64,000 bases of DNA. Source: an uncultured Pseudomonadota bacterium. Its GTDB lineage: Bacteria; Desulfobacterota; Syntrophorhabdia; Syntrophorhabdales; CAYQXL01. A model generated the notes under the pieces. The model ran no database searches. It saw only the letters and a list, made by a program, of their open reading frames with translations, and was not told the origin of the DNA. Made by a program: the position numbers and the translations under genes. How positions within the stretch are numbered: position 1 is the first letter of the stretch; each line of letters begins with the position of its first letter. Location of the stretch: assembly GCA_964651435.1 (NCBI GenBank), contig CAZYVU010000001.1, positions 54,440 through 118,439 on the forward strand, given 5' to 3'. Positions 35,391 to 49,512 of the stretch are shown piece by piece.

Positions 35391-36242
35391 TTACCGAAAT
35401 AGTTGCTTCATATCCTTTGGATTAAGTGACGGCTTTGCCGGCTGCCCGGCCGTAGCGCCCTCTTCCTTAAAATAATATACTGCATTTTCACCGCGGGCGG
35501 TCACTCTTTTCGAAATAAGCCGCACTTTCCCTTTCGCCTCCAGGCGGTCCAGTTCGCTCTCCCGCCCATAAAGATAGAGTGTATCACAGGTGACGGTCAA
35601 CTGTTCCCCCGTCATGTGAACCCGGCCCTCCAGCTCGTAGAGGTTTTCCTTGAGCCTGTAGGTGAGGCGGTCTGCCTCGAACCGCATCCTGGCCTTTCCC
35701 GTCTCAACGGTACCGTTCACGTTCCTCTCTATCCTCAGGAGCTCATCTTTAGCCCTCGCCGTAAGCCCCAATCCCTTGAGGGTAAGCTTAACGCCCTTGA
35801 TCTCTACGGGAGAGTTGGTGGAGGCAAGGCCAGCCTTGAAATCGAAGTTGAGAACAGGGCTCTTCATCCGGTATTCGTTGTTGTAGACGATCTCGATGTT
35901 CTCCACGCTGCCGCGCTCCGTCTCCGTGTTCAGAGAGCCCTTGCTGCCGCTGAAGGAAACGACCGTTCCCGGCTTTGGCTTGTACGATCCCTTGACGTTC
36001 TCCATCTCCACCAGGGGCGTGTCCATGTACTTCCTTGCCAGGTCTGCCTTGATCTCCCAGTCGGCCGCCCCGCCCTTCTCTCCCGAATACTTCACGTCCC
36101 GGAAGACAAAGACCCTCTTTTCCCCTTCCAGCAACTTCGGTGGCTCAATGGGCTGCGGTTTTTTGAGGAAGAAATAGAAGGCAAGGAGAATACTTGCAAC
36201 GATGAGCCCCGAAAAGACGTAAAGCGCCACCCGCCTTCTCAT
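35391..36242 (-). CDS. Membrane-anchored OstA-fold protein (LptC-like plus LptA-like region)
   Basis: N-terminal TM. The central region resembles LptC. The C-terminal region (ADRLTY......L.G.V.......L.CD.L.......L..LEA.G.V) resembles the OstA/LptA N-terminal domain. Confidence 0.6.
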   Translation of the reverse strand: MRRRVALYVFSGLIVASILLAFYFFLKKPQPIEPPKLLEGEKRVFVFRDVKYSGEKGGAADWEIKADLARKYMDTPLVEMENVKGSYKPKPGTVVSFSGSKGSLNTETERGSVENIEIVYNNEYRMKSPVLNFDFKAGLASTNSPVEIKGVKLTLKGLGLTARAKDELLRIERNVNGTVETGKARMRFEADRLTYRLKENLYELEGRVHMTGEQLTVTCDTLYLYGRESELDRLEAKGKVRLISKRVTARGENAVYYFKEEGATAGQPAKPSLNPKDMKQLFR

Positions 36243-36248
36243 GGCCCC

Positions 36249-37216
36249 TCATACAATCTTGGCTCTCAGCAGGTCATGAATATGAATGACCCCCAAAGGC
36301 CGACGGTCGTCCTCCTCGTCAAAAACAAAAAGGGAGGTGATGGAAAAACGTTCCATGTTCTGCAGCGCCTGCACGGCCGGTGCGTCCTTTGCAATCCGCT
36401 TCGGATTGACCGTCATCACCTCGCCTGCCGTGCGTACCATAATGTCGTCATGCCTCTCCATGCCCCTCCGGAGGTCGCCGTCTGTGATAACTCCGGCAAG
36501 CTCGCCCGCATCGTTCACAACGCCGACGACGCCGAGCCGTTTCGACGTGATCACGAGAATGGCCTCCTTCATAGGCGTATCAATATGAACCCGTGGAAAG
36601 GCATCGCCGCTGTGCATAAGATCCTGCACCTTGAGGAGCAACCTTCTTCCCAGCGTCCCCCCGGGGTGGAGATTTGCAAAATCTTCGATCTTGAATCCCC
36701 GTTTCTGCATTACCGTAATGGCCAGGGCATCGCCCAGCGCAAGGGCGGCCGTAGAGCTGGAGGTAGGCACCATGTTGTAGGGACAGGCCTCTTCCACGTT
36801 AATGTCGAGGACTACGTCGGCGTAGCCGGCTATGGTAGACCGGGCGTTTCCGGTGAACACAATGACGGAGATCTCGGCCCGCTTGATCCAGGGCAGGATC
36901 TTGATGACCTCCTCCGTCTCGCCGCTGTTGCTCACGATGATGATTACGTCCCCTTTCTGCAACATGCCGAGGTCGCCGTGGATGGAGTCGGCGGGGTGAA
37001 GGAAGAGCGCCGGGGTGCCGACGCTGGATAGGGTGGATGCTATTTTTCGGGAAACGAAGCCCGATTTCCCGATGCCCGTCAAGACGACGTGCCCGTTGCA
37101 ACGGTAGACGAGCTCAACGGCCTCTTTGAATCCGTCGCCGAGCGATTCCATGACCTGCTCTATTGCAAGCGCCTCCTTCCTCAGCACATCGCGGGCCGCC
37201 GACAGCACATCGACCG

Positions 37217-37220
<4 letters not shown>
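36249..37220 (-). CDS. kdsD: Arabinose-5-phosphate isomerase KdsD/GutQ (SIS plus tandem CBS)
   Basis: SIS motifs GIGKSG and SNSGET, plus two C-terminal CBS domains. Confidence 0.92.
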
Positions 37221-40850
<3,630 letters not shown>

Positions 40851-40854
40851 ATGC

Positions 40855-42144
40855 TCAAGCTTTCCCTTCCTCGATTCGTATGTGGACGCTTTCCCCCATG
40901 ATGAAAGGAAGCGCGTCAATCTCGGCCTTGGCCCTCTTGAGGTCCTTTTCTACGGCCTCGTGGGTGACCATAACAACGGGTACGTAACCATTCTCCTCCC
41001 TCCCCTTCTGGATGACGGCGGAGATGCTTATGCTGTACTGCGCCAAAACGCCCGAAATCTTGGAAAGAACACCGGGCCGGTCTTGGGCCATGATCCTGAT
41101 ATAATACGGCGCAGATGACTCATCGCCCGAGCGGACCCTGATCCCTTCGTCCCAGGGCGGTACGTGCACACCTCCGGCGCCTTCTTTGATGCGGCCCGCC
41201 ACCTCAACGATATCGCTCACGACGGCGCTTCCCGTCGGGTCTCCGCCGGCGCCCTTACCATAGAAGAGGTTGGGCCCTGTGCGGTCGCCCACAACATAGA
41301 CGGCGTTGAAGACCCCGTTGACGCTTGCCATGGGGTGGCTAAAGGGGATCATCGTCGGCTCTACCCTGGCCTCCACCATGCCGGCCTCTTCTTTGGCCAT
41401 AGCCAAGAGCTTGATGACGTATCCAAACTCTTTGGCAAAGGAGATGTCGACGCCGGAAAGCTCCGATATGCCTCTGGTGGTGATCTCTTCCATCCTGATC
41501 GGGCAGTGAAAGGACATCCGGGCCAGGATGCAAAGCTTGTGGGCTGCGTCGATCCCCTCCACATCCAGGGTCGGGTCCTGCTCGGCGTATCCAAGCTCCT
41601 GGGCTCGGCCGAGGGCCGACGAGAAAGAAACCCCCTCCTCCGTCATTTTCGTCAGGATATAGTTGCTTGTTCCGTTGAGAATGCCCAGAATGTGACGGAT
41701 CTTGTTTGCCACAAGGCCCTGCCGGGTAGCCCGGATGACGGGTATACCGCCGGCCACAGCCGCTTCAAACCCCAAATCACAGCCTTCCTTCCTCATGAGG
41801 CTGTAGATTTCGTTGCCCCTCTCTGCCAGCAGCGCCTTGTTCGCCGTGACGACGGGCTTTTTTTTCGAAGCTGCGTAGGCTATAAAGTCATAGGCGAGGC
41901 CTGTTCCGCCCATCAGCTCGACCACTACGTCGACATCGGGGTGATCGATGACCTCGTACGCGTCGGCGGTCAGCATGCCGGGCTCCGGCGCCACGGGACG
42001 CTCCCGGCCCAGGTCGATATCGGCTATCTTCACCACTTTGAGATCGATGCCCGTCCGTTGCAGGATCAACAAACGGTGGTCCCGGAGTATCTTGTACGTG
42101 CCCATGCCAACGGTGCCGAACCCTATGATGCCAACGCCGATCAT
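40855..42144 (-). CDS. hom: Homoserine dehydrogenase (with C-terminal ACT domain)
   Basis: In-frame part of ORF 40855..42261. Start MIGVGIIGFGTVG (NAD site). Catalytic region ILNGTSNYILT and an ACT-like tail. Confidence 0.93.
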   Translation of the reverse strand: MIGVGIIGFGTVGMGTYKILRDHRLLILQRTGIDLKVVKIADIDLGRERPVAPEPGMLTADAYEVIDHPDVDVVVELMGGTGLAYDFIAYAASKKKPVVTANKALLAERGNEIYSLMRKEGCDLGFEAAVAGGIPVIRATRQGLVANKIRHILGILNGTSNYILTKMTEEGVSFSSALGRAQELGYAEQDPTLDVEGIDAAHKLCILARMSFHCPIRMEEITTRGISELSGVDISFAKEFGYVIKLLAMAKEEAGMVEARVEPTMIPFSHPMASVNGVFNAVYVVGDRTGPNLFYGKGAGGDPTGSAVVSDIVEVAGRIKEGAGGVHVPPWDEGIRVRSGDESSAPYYIRIMAQDRPGVLSKISGVLAQYSISISAVIQKGREENGYVPVVMVTHEAVEKDLKRAKAEIDALPFIMGESVHIRIEEGKA

Positions 42145-42151
42145 CGTACCG

Positions 42152-43333
42152 TCACTTTTTCCGTGAGTAGAGGAGGCTTCGAATCCCCTTGACGGCCTGC
42201 CTCGTCCTGTCTTCGTTCTCCACAAGGGCGAAGCGAATATACCCTTCGCCGTATTCTCCAAAGCCTATTCCCGGTGCTGAAGCCACCTTCGCCTCCTTCA
42301 GAAGGAGCTTGGAAAACTCAAGGGAGCCCATCTGATCAAAGGGCTCAGGGATCTTTCCCCAGGCAAACATAGTGGCCGGAGGCCGCTTGATCTCCCAGCC
42401 GTAGCGGGTCAGCCCGTCGCATAGGACGTTTCTCCGCCTCCGATACTTTTCCACGATATCGATGACGTCGTCGTCCCCTTCGTTGAGGGCGATAATCGAT
42501 GCGATCTGAATGGGCTGAAAGACGCCGTAGTCAAAATAGCTCTTGATCTTGCTCAGCGCGGCAATCATCTTGCTGTTGCCCACGCAGAATCCGACGCGCC
42601 ATCCGGGCATGCTGTAACTCTTTGAAAGCGAAAAGAACTCCACACCCACATCTTTGGCACCGGGCACCTGCAGAAAGCTGGGTGCCTTGTATCCGTCAAA
42701 AACAAGGTCGGCATATGCCAAATCGTGAATAATCATGAGGTCGTGTTCCTTGGCAAAATCGACGATCCGTTTGAAGAATTCGATGTCAATGACCTCAGTG
42801 GTGGGGTTATTGGGAAAGCTGAAGATGAGCATTTTGGGTTGCGGCCACGTGGTCTTTGCCGCAATGTTGAGGCGGTCGAAAAACTCCTCCTTCGGGAGAA
42901 GCGGTATCGTCCTCAGGTCGCCCCCGGCGATGACCACCGAATAGGTGTGGATCGGATAGGTGGGGTCGGGCACAAAAACCACCTCGCCCCGGCCGATCGT
43001 CGCCAGCACCAGATGGCCTATGCCTTCCTTGACCCCCATGGTGACGACGGCCTCCGTCTCGGGGTCTATATCAACATCGTACCGCCTCTTGTACCAATTG
43101 GCAATGGCGACGCGGAGCTTAAAGATGCCCCTGGTGACCGAATACCGGTGGTTACGTCCGTTGCGTGCAGCCTCGACAAGCTTGGTAACGATATGCCTCG
43201 GCGTGGGTATGTCGGGGTTTCCCATGCCGAGATCGATAATGTCTTCGCCCCTGTGCCTCGCCTCTATCAGGAGGTCTCTGACAATGCCGAAGGCGTACGG
43301 CGGCAGCCGCGAGATACGGTAAAATTCATCCAT
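42152..43333 (-). CDS. Class I/II PLP-dependent aminotransferase (aspartate/alanine aminotransferase-like)
   Basis: GMGNPD N-terminal motif and [18 protein letters not shown]-lysine region. 393 aa. Confidence 0.88.
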   Translation of the reverse strand: MDEFYRISRLPPYAFGIVRDLLIEARHRGEDIIDLGMGNPDIPTPRHIVTKLVEAARNGRNHRYSVTRGIFKLRVAIANWYKRRYDVDIDPETEAVVTMGVKEGIGHLVLATIGRGEVVFVPDPTYPIHTYSVVIAGGDLRTIPLLPKEEFFDRLNIAAKTTWPQPKMLIFSFPNNPTTEVIDIEFFKRIVDFAKEHDLMIIHDLAYADLVFDGYKAPSFLQVPGAKDVGVEFFSLSKSYSMPGWRVGFCVGNSKMIAALSKIKSYFDYGVFQPIQIASIIALNEGDDDVIDIVEKYRRRRNVLCDGLTRYGWEIKRPPATMFAWGKIPEPFDQMGSLEFSKLLLKEAKVASAPGIGFGEYGEGYIRFALVENEDRTRQAVKGIRSLLYSRKK

Positions 43334-43398
43334 GGCATGAAGTTACCACATTGACGGGGGACAATCAATATGGAAGGGGGGCGAGGCCCCGCCTTCCG

Positions 43399-43881
43399 TT
43401 AGAGTTTGTACCCGAACCTTCTCAGGAGCTCCCTTCGGGCCTTCTTGTCCTCTTCCCCCTCTATGCCTTTCGGGGGTGAGCCGTCGATAACGCCCATGAT
43501 CCCGCGGCCCTGGTCCGTTTCGGCAACGACAACGGTGAGGGGGTTTGCCGTGGCGCAAATGACGTGACAGACCTCCTGGCAAGACTTGACGGCATTGAGA
43601 ACGTTGATGGGGAATCCCTCCTTAAGAAAGATGACAAACGTGTGGCCGCACGACAGGGCGAAGGACGTGTCGGCAGCCAGTTTGACGAGCGCCTCGTCGT
43701 TGCCCTCGCAACGGACAAGGCATGGCCCGCTGGCCTCCGAAAAGGCGATGCCGAACTTCAGGTGCGGCGATGAGCCTATGAGCATTTCATACATGTCTTC
43801 CGCCGTCTTCACGAAGTGTGACTGCCCGACCACGATGTTGAGGCCTTCGGGTACCACAATCGAAAGGGTCTTCAGTTCCAT
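43399..43881 (-). CDS. Adenosine-specific kinase-like protein (PF04008/DUF355 type)
   Basis: 160 aa. Pattern GQSHF.KT.ED..E......P..KFG.AF.EASG..L.R..GND and C-terminal R.LLR.FGYK recalled for this family. Confidence 0.65.
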   Translation of the reverse strand: MELKTLSIVVPEGLNIVVGQSHFVKTAEDMYEMLIGSSPHLKFGIAFSEASGPCLVRCEGNDEALVKLAADTSFALSCGHTFVIFLKEGFPINVLNAVKSCQEVCHVICATANPLTVVVAETDQGRGIMGVIDGSPPKGIEGEEDKKARRELLRRFGYKL

Positions 43882-43928
43882 CTTTTCCTCCTCCTGTTGT
43901 CTTTTGCTTGCCGCCGCCCTATGCCCCC

Positions 43929-44876
43929 CTATGGTGCAAAGGGCTCGGTCTTATCAAAATCGGGCAAAAACGACGGGGCGCTCTCAAGCGCCTGAACATA
44001 CACGTTTTCAAACCCCCGGTCAACGAGATAATCAACGAGGGTATCGTATTCGCTCTGCCGAAGCCGCCTTCCCAAAAGGGGGTACTGTCCCGCTCGATGG
44101 ACGGGGCAGTACTGGGACATAAGGCTCACGAAGGTCTCTGTGCCCAGCTCCTCGCCTATCCAGTCCACAATGCGGCGAAAGCCGCCGAGACCGCCCGGCA
44201 GCACGAGGTGGCGGATCATAAGCCCCTGCTTCGCGATCCCCCCTTCGATTCTCAGGTGCCCGGTCTGCCGAAACATTTCCTTGATGGCCGCCGCTGCACA
44301 GTCGGCGTAGCTCTTCTCCGCTGGCACGCCGGAGAGCCGCAACGCGACACCTGCCGACCAATACTTGAAATCAGGCAGGTAGATGTCGATGAGGCCCTCG
44401 AGCATCGCCAAGGCTTCAACGGCATCATAACCATTACTGTTGTACACAAACGGGATACCGATGCCCCCCTGTTTTGCCCTCGCCACAGCCTCGGAGATCA
44501 GGGGAATATAGGGCGTGGGGCTTACAAGGTTGATGTTGTGACACCCCAGCGAGGCAAGGCGGAAGAAGATGTCGGCGAGCTCGCCTGCCGGGACGGCCCG
44601 GCCCTTTGTGGAATGGCTTATCTGATAATTCTGGCAAAAGAGACAGCGAAGGTTGCAGGAAGAGAAGAAGATGTTTCCCGAGCCGCACTCTCCTGAGATC
44701 GGCGGCTCCTCGCCCAAGTGGGGGCCCCAGTGGGCCACGAGCAGCTCCGCCGCCACCCCGCAGTATCCTGTTCGGCCCGCCAGTCGATCAACACCGCACC
44801 CTCTAGGGCAAAGCCGGCATTCGGCAAGAAGGGAGATCGGATCTTTCACGCCCCCTCGATCATCGCGATTGCCCAT
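43929..44876 (-). CDS. Radical SAM protein, PflX-like (putative glycyl-radical/other activase)
   Basis: N-terminal C.LCPRGCGVDR..G..GYCG and the radical-SAM cluster motif CNLRCLFCQN. Confidence 0.8.
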   Translation of the reverse strand: MGNRDDRGGVKDPISLLAECRLCPRGCGVDRLAGRTGYCGVAAELLVAHWGPHLGEEPPISGECGSGNIFFSSCNLRCLFCQNYQISHSTKGRAVPAGELADIFFRLASLGCHNINLVSPTPYIPLISEAVARAKQGGIGIPFVYNSNGYDAVEALAMLEGLIDIYLPDFKYWSAGVALRLSGVPAEKSYADCAAAAIKEMFRQTGHLRIEGGIAKQGLMIRHLVLPGGLGGFRRIVDWIGEELGTETFVSLMSQYCPVHRAGQYPLLGRRLRQSEYDTLVDYLVDRGFENVYVQALESAPSFLPDFDKTEPFAP

Positions 44877-44898
44877 GGCTCCTTCTTGTTCGGGCCCC

Positions 44899-46578
44899 CT
44901 ATTCCTCTCCTACCGACGCGGGCAGGACGTCCTTCACGTTGAGGTGAATGAACCGTTCGCCCAACTCCTCGCGAATGACGGGGGCGACGACGAGAAGGAA
45001 GGGGGGGCCCTCGGGCATGGACAGAGAGCCGGAACAGCTTCCGTACCACGTTCGGTTCCTGCTGTCCGACGCCTTGATGAAGCGGTTGTTCAAAGAAACG
45101 TTGGCGGCCGGCAGAAGGAAATGCGGCCTGGGGTTTCCCATGCCGAAGGGAGACATGAGCCGTAGAAGGTCCACAACGTCCCCCGTGAGCTGATCGAAGT
45201 CGGCGGCAACATCGAAAACGGCCTGTCGGGAAACCTCTTCCCTGCTTGCTCCGGCTACCGCCCTCTCAAAGGCCTCGGAGAACCTTGGGAGGTTTTCTTC
45301 GTTGGTAATGGTAATTCCGCAGGCGTGTTTGTGTCCGCCAAACCTTTCCAGAAGCGGCGAAAGCCCCGATATGGCTGCGTGAAGGTCGATGCTGCCTCCG
45401 CCCCGACCCGATCCCTTCCAGACCCCGTTCACCTCCGTTATGATGACGGCCGGCTTTCCGTAAATCTCCACAAGCCGCTGTGCAACGATGCCGATGACGC
45501 CGATGTGCCACCTTTCGCTATAGAGAACGATGGAGTGCTCGTGCTTCCCGTTTTCCCCCTCGACAAGGGCCACCGTTTCGGACAGGATCTGTTCTTCAAT
45601 CCGCTGCCTCGACCGGTTTGCCTCCTGGAGTCGTCCCAAATAGTGCTGCGATTCTCCGGGGTCCTGCGAGAGCAGAAAGTGAAGCGACGTGACGGGTTCA
45701 CCCATTCTGCCGGCTGCGTTGATCCGTGGGACGATAACAAAATTGACGGCCTGTTCATCGACGCCCCTTTGCCGCGATAGGAGGTTCTGCCTCAAGAAGG
45801 TCTTTAGCCACGCCCTCGGGTGCCGGTTCATCATCTCCAGACCGAAGCGGACCAAAACTCTGTTGTCGCCGCGGAGGGGCACCATATCACCCATCGTGCC
45901 GAGGGCCACAATGTCGAGCTCTTTTTTAAGGTTGATGGGCTCCCTCATGCGGCCCCTTGCGTGAAGGAACCTGCGCAGAGCAAGGAGGAAGAAGAATGTG
46001 ACGCCACAGGCCGCAAGGTCTCTTGTGGGGAAAACCGAGTCCTTCCGCTTCGTGTTGATGACCGCCCGGGCCGGCGGCAGCGTCGGGCCCACCTCGTGAT
46101 GATCGACGATGATGACGTCCATTCCTGCATCCAGGGCCAGCTTAACCTCTGCCACGTTTGTGGAGGCACAGTCAAGACACACAAGCAGGTCTGCCCCCTC
46201 GCCTCTGACCTTCTCCAGCCCTGCCCTGTTGAGCCCGTAACCCTCTTCCCTCGTTGGAATGTAGATGGCCGGCTTCAGGCCGAGGTGGCCCAGAAACCCG
46301 GCAAGGAGCGCCACCGAGGATATTCCGTCGGCGTCGTAATCGCCGTAGAGGCAGATCTTTTCCTTGTTCTCGATTGCTTCGGCGAGCCTGAGGACGCCCT
46401 TTTCGCAATCGGGAAGGAGCCCCGGATCGGAGAGGTCGGCGAGCTTGGGGTACAGATAGGTCTCGGCATCCTGCACCGTTTCGATGCCGCGGGCCACCAA
46501 GATACGGGCAAAGAGATCGGGGAGCCCCAATCCCGCCGCGATGGTCCGGGCCATTTCGTCCCGGTCTTTCCCGGTCAT
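44899..46578 (-). CDS. recJ: Single-stranded-DNA-specific exonuclease RecJ
   Basis: DHH motifs (YGDYDADG, D.ASTN, IVDHH) and DHHA1 (GGH..A.G). Confidence 0.93.
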   Translation of the reverse strand: MTGKDRDEMARTIAAGLGLPDLFARILVARGIETVQDAETYLYPKLADLSDPGLLPDCEKGVLRLAEAIENKEKICLYGDYDADGISSVALLAGFLGHLGLKPAIYIPTREEGYGLNRAGLEKVRGEGADLLVCLDCASTNVAEVKLALDAGMDVIIVDHHEVGPTLPPARAVINTKRKDSVFPTRDLAACGVTFFFLLALRRFLHARGRMREPINLKKELDIVALGTMGDMVPLRGDNRVLVRFGLEMMNRHPRAWLKTFLRQNLLSRQRGVDEQAVNFVIVPRINAAGRMGEPVTSLHFLLSQDPGESQHYLGRLQEANRSRQRIEEQILSETVALVEGENGKHEHSIVLYSERWHIGVIGIVAQRLVEIYGKPAVIITEVNGVWKGSGRGGGSIDLHAAISGLSPLLERFGGHKHACGITITNEENLPRFSEAFERAVAGASREEVSRQAVFDVAADFDQLTGDVVDLLRLMSPFGMGNPRPHFLLPAANVSLNNRFIKASDSRNRTWYGSCSGSLSMPEGPPFLLVVAPVIREELGERFIHLNVKDVLPASVGEE

Positions 46579-46614
46579 CGACCCACCGTTGGGGCCTTCA
46601 TTGCGCAGGTATGG

Positions 46615-47517
46615 TCAGCCATCCGTTCCCGCCGGCACGCGCTCGGCCCCCCAAAGCCGCCCGGCCCCGCTGTAATTCGTCAAGCCTTCTACAATCTTAG
46701 GAATGGCAAAAGGATCGATAAAGGTAGCCGTTCCCACCTGAACGGCCCGGGCGCCGGCCACGATAAAGGCTGCCGCATCCGTGGCATTCATGATGCCCCC
46801 CGCGCCGAGGACGGGCACAGAAACGCGGGCGCAGACCTCATGGACGGCCCTCAGCGCCACCGGCCTCAGGATCGGCCCCGAAAGCCCGCCCTTGAAAGCC
46901 ACAAGGCCCTTTGCCACATCGACCGCAGCGGCCGGCATGGTGTTCATAACCGTCAGGCCGTCTGCCCCGGCGTCACAGGCTGCAGCGGCGATGTCGGCGA
47001 TGCTCTTGACCTCCGGGGTCAGTTTGGGCACGACAGGTATTCCCGTCTCCGCCTTGACCCTCTTCACAAGCCGGAAAACGGTATCCGGGTCCTTCCCGAA
47101 GCTTATGCCGCCCTTCTCTATGTTGGGGCAGGAGAGGTTCATCTCCAGGGCGAAAATAAGGTTGTGCGGCTTGATGGCCCGGGCGCACAGAACGTACTCG
47201 TCCTCTGTAAACCCGAAGAAATTGACTACGATGGGAGTCCTTTTCTCTTCGAAAAAAGGAAGGTAATCGCGAAAAAACCTGTCTATTCCCACGTTCTGGA
47301 GGCCGATGCTGTTGATGAGCCCGTGCCTCTCCTCCCACACCCTGGGGGTGGGGTTTCCGTGGTGCGGTTTCAGCGAAAGACCTTTCGTCACGTAGGCGCC
47401 AAGCCTCTCTATGCCCCAGAGAGGCTCGATCTCCCTCCCGTATCCGAGGGTGCCCGAGGCGTTCATGACGGGGTTCTTCAGCTCCTTTCCGAAAAGCGTC
47501 AGAGTGAGAGCTGCCAT
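46615..47517 (-). CDS. pyrD: Dihydroorotate dehydrogenase, class 1B catalytic subunit
   Basis: MNASGT, NLSCPN and GG..... FMN-barrel motifs. Preceded by pyrK. Confidence 0.93.
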   Translation of the reverse strand: MAALTLTLFGKELKNPVMNASGTLGYGREIEPLWGIERLGAYVTKGLSLKPHHGNPTPRVWEERHGLINSIGLQNVGIDRFFRDYLPFFEEKRTPIVVNFFGFTEDEYVLCARAIKPHNLIFALEMNLSCPNIEKGGISFGKDPDTVFRLVKRVKAETGIPVVPKLTPEVKSIADIAAAACDAGADGLTVMNTMPAAAVDVAKGLVAFKGGLSGPILRPVALRAVHEVCARVSVPVLGAGGIMNATDAAAFIVAGARAVQVGTATFIDPFAIPKIVEGLTNYSGAGRLWGAERVPAGTDG

Positions 47518-48257
47518 AGGTCGAAAACGGGCCCCTCCTTACATACCCTTCTGTATGGGTTTTCTTCGTCTTCAACGCGCACGACACAGCCAAAGCAGAG
47601 CCCGAGGCCGCAGGCCATCCTCTCTTCGACGGCCACCTGGCACGGAAGGGGCCGCCCTTCCAGGAGCCCCTTAAGGCTCTTAAGCATGCCCTGCGGCCCG
47701 CAGGCGAAGATGACAGGGTCCAGCGCCCGAAGCTTTTCCAGGTGCGTCGCCAGCAAGTCTACGACCGTACCGTGAAAGCCGAGGGATCCGTCAACCGTCG
47801 CCACCAGGCTGTTGCCGCCTTTGAGGCCGGCCAAGAGCCCTGCCTCGGAGGCGGTTGTGCATCCGTACATGACCTTTAACGGACCTCTGTGGCCCTCTGC
47901 CAGGAGCCGCACTCCCGCTATTCCTATGCCGCCTGCAACGACTACGGCGGCCCGGTCCCTATCGACGGTAAACCCGTTTCCCAGAGGCCCCAGCACCATA
48001 AGGGGATCGCCGGATTGCATGGTCGCCAGGAAGCGGCTGCCATCACCGACCACCTTGTACATAATGGTGATGACCTCATCTTGAATGCCGCAGATGCTGA
48101 AGGGCCGTCGAAGAAAGATCTCTGCGCCGGGCATCCGCACCATAACGAACTGGCCCGGAAGAACGGGCCCGATGGGCCTTGCCAGCTCCAGGGTCACAAC
48201 AAAATGGCCCTGTCCAAGTGCGTTGTTGCTGACGATAATTCCTTGAACGTCATCCAT
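47499..48257 (-). CDS. pyrK: Dihydroorotate dehydrogenase electron-transfer subunit PyrK
   Basis: In-frame part of ORF 47499..48305. FAD/NAD-binding fold RPFS, and the C-terminal 2Fe-2S motif MACG.G.C.GC. Confidence 0.9.
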   Translation of the reverse strand: MDDVQGIIVSNNALGQGHFVVTLELARPIGPVLPGQFVMVRMPGAEIFLRRPFSICGIQDEVITIMYKVVGDGSRFLATMQSGDPLMVLGPLGNGFTVDRDRAAVVVAGGIGIAGVRLLAEGHRGPLKVMYGCTTASEAGLLAGLKGGNSLVATVDGSLGFHGTVVDLLATHLEKLRALDPVIFACGPQGMLKSLKGLLEGRPLPCQVAVEERMACGLGLCFGCVVRVEDEENPYRRVCKEGPVFDLWQLSL

Positions 48258-48756
48258 GAGAAACAGCCCTCTTCTCTTCCACTTTACCGACCGCCGGGCC
48301 GGCACCTGCCGAGCCTACGGCGAGCTGCATCACAAGCGCATCCTCGTTGCTTTCACTGTAATACCTTTTTCGCCTCCCGACAGCTTTGAATCCGAAAGAC
48401 CGGTAGAGCGAAATGGCCGGCACGTTGGATTCCCTCACCTCAAGGAAGTAGTCCTTCACGCCTGCGGCATTGCACCTGTCAATGACAAAGGCCATAAGGA
48501 CCCGGGCCAGCCCCTGCCGCCTCCAGCGCCGGTCGACGGCCACATTCATCACGTGGGCTTCGTCAGCCACCGCGTAAAGGACTATGTAGGCCGCCACGAC
48601 ACCTTCTCTCTCGAAAACAAAGGCCCTGGTAATTGAAGAATCGAGTGCCTCCTCGAAAAAGGTGCGCTTCCACGGCTGCGGAAAGGACTCCGTTTCTATG
48701 AGCAGGACACGGTCCACGTCGGACCTATTCATCTCCCTGGGCGTATCATGCTCCAT
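48250..48756 (-). CDS. rimI: Ribosomal-protein-alanine N-acetyltransferase RimI (GNAT)
   Basis: In-frame part of ORF 48250..48921. GNAT motif A (VAVDRRWRRQGLARVLM), plus LEVRESN..A..LY..FGF. Confidence 0.85.
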   Translation of the reverse strand: MEHDTPREMNRSDVDRVLLIETESFPQPWKRTFFEEALDSSITRAFVFEREGVVAAYIVLYAVADEAHVMNVAVDRRWRRQGLARVLMAFVIDRCNAAGVKDYFLEVRESNVPAISLYRSFGFKAVGRRKRYYSESNEDALVMQLAVGSAGAGPAVGKVEEKRAVSHG

Positions 48757-49327
48757 GACGGGCAAAACGATCGAGATCCCCCCGGTTGTTGATGTTGGTA
48801 AAGACCGAAAGGCCCCTGTTCCGGAAGCTCGGGTCGGGCGCCAACTCTTTGACCTTGACATAGGCAAAGAGGTCCATGATGCGAAACCGGCCATGTTCCA
48901 AGAGGTAGAGCGCCGGCGCAAGACAGGCTCTGCCGTACATGGCGTGCAGGGGCTCCAGGCCCTCGGGCGTCCTGGGAATAATCACGTCCTCGCCCCCTGC
49001 CTTATTTACGATGCAGAGGAGCCCTTCTTCGCGAATGTAGGGCATATCGCAGCCGAGGACGAAGACATATTCCGTACCGGCAAACATGAGGGCGGACGCA
49101 ATACCCACGAGCGGGCTGGGGAAGGGCAGGCAGTCGCCGACGAGAGGCACGTCCATTCCGTCGAAGCGCCTGTGCTGACTCGACACAATGAAGACTTTCT
49201 CAAAAACCCTTCGTGCCGTCTCATAGACCCTCTCGGTCAGCATGGCCCCATCGAAAAGAAGGGTGGCCTTGTCCTGCCCCATCCTCGTACTTCTGCCGCC
49301 GGCGAGTATGGCACACGACACCTTCAC
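48746..49327 (-). CDS. mobA: Molybdenum cofactor guanylyltransferase MobA
   Basis: N-terminal ILAGGRSTRMG.DK motif and the central D.P motif (GCDMPYI). Confidence 0.88.
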   Translation of the reverse strand: MKVSCAILAGGRSTRMGQDKATLLFDGAMLTERVYETARRVFEKVFIVSSQHRRFDGMDVPLVGDCLPFPSPLVGIASALMFAGTEYVFVLGCDMPYIREEGLLCIVNKAGGEDVIIPRTPEGLEPLHAMYGRACLAPALYLLEHGRFRIMDLFAYVKVKELAPDPSFRNRGLSVFTNINNRGDLDRFARHGA

Positions 49328-49512
49328 TGTACTTCTTTCTTACCACCTTTTTCGGACCGAGTAAAGGCGAGGACCCTGGGGGAAGGGCGCACAGTGCACT
49401 TTTCCCTTGACAACAGCCAGTTATCATGAAAATATAATGCGTTAACCGCGCTCCATATTTCTGGCTTCAGTCAGGTCTTATCGTGGAAAGAGAACGTCTT
49501 TGAGGAGGACCT

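Noticed and set aside
35616-37031. 471-aa plus-strand ORF
   Set aside because: Antisense to the lptC/A-like gene and kdsD. No motifs, shadow-frame composition.
45820-47775. 651-aa plus-strand ORF, the longest unassigned ORF in the track
   Set aside because: It is entirely antisense to recJ and pyrD/pyrK, which have unmistakable motifs. Its composition is Arg/Gly/Pro-rich and low in complexity, typical of shadow ORFs in high-GC DNA.
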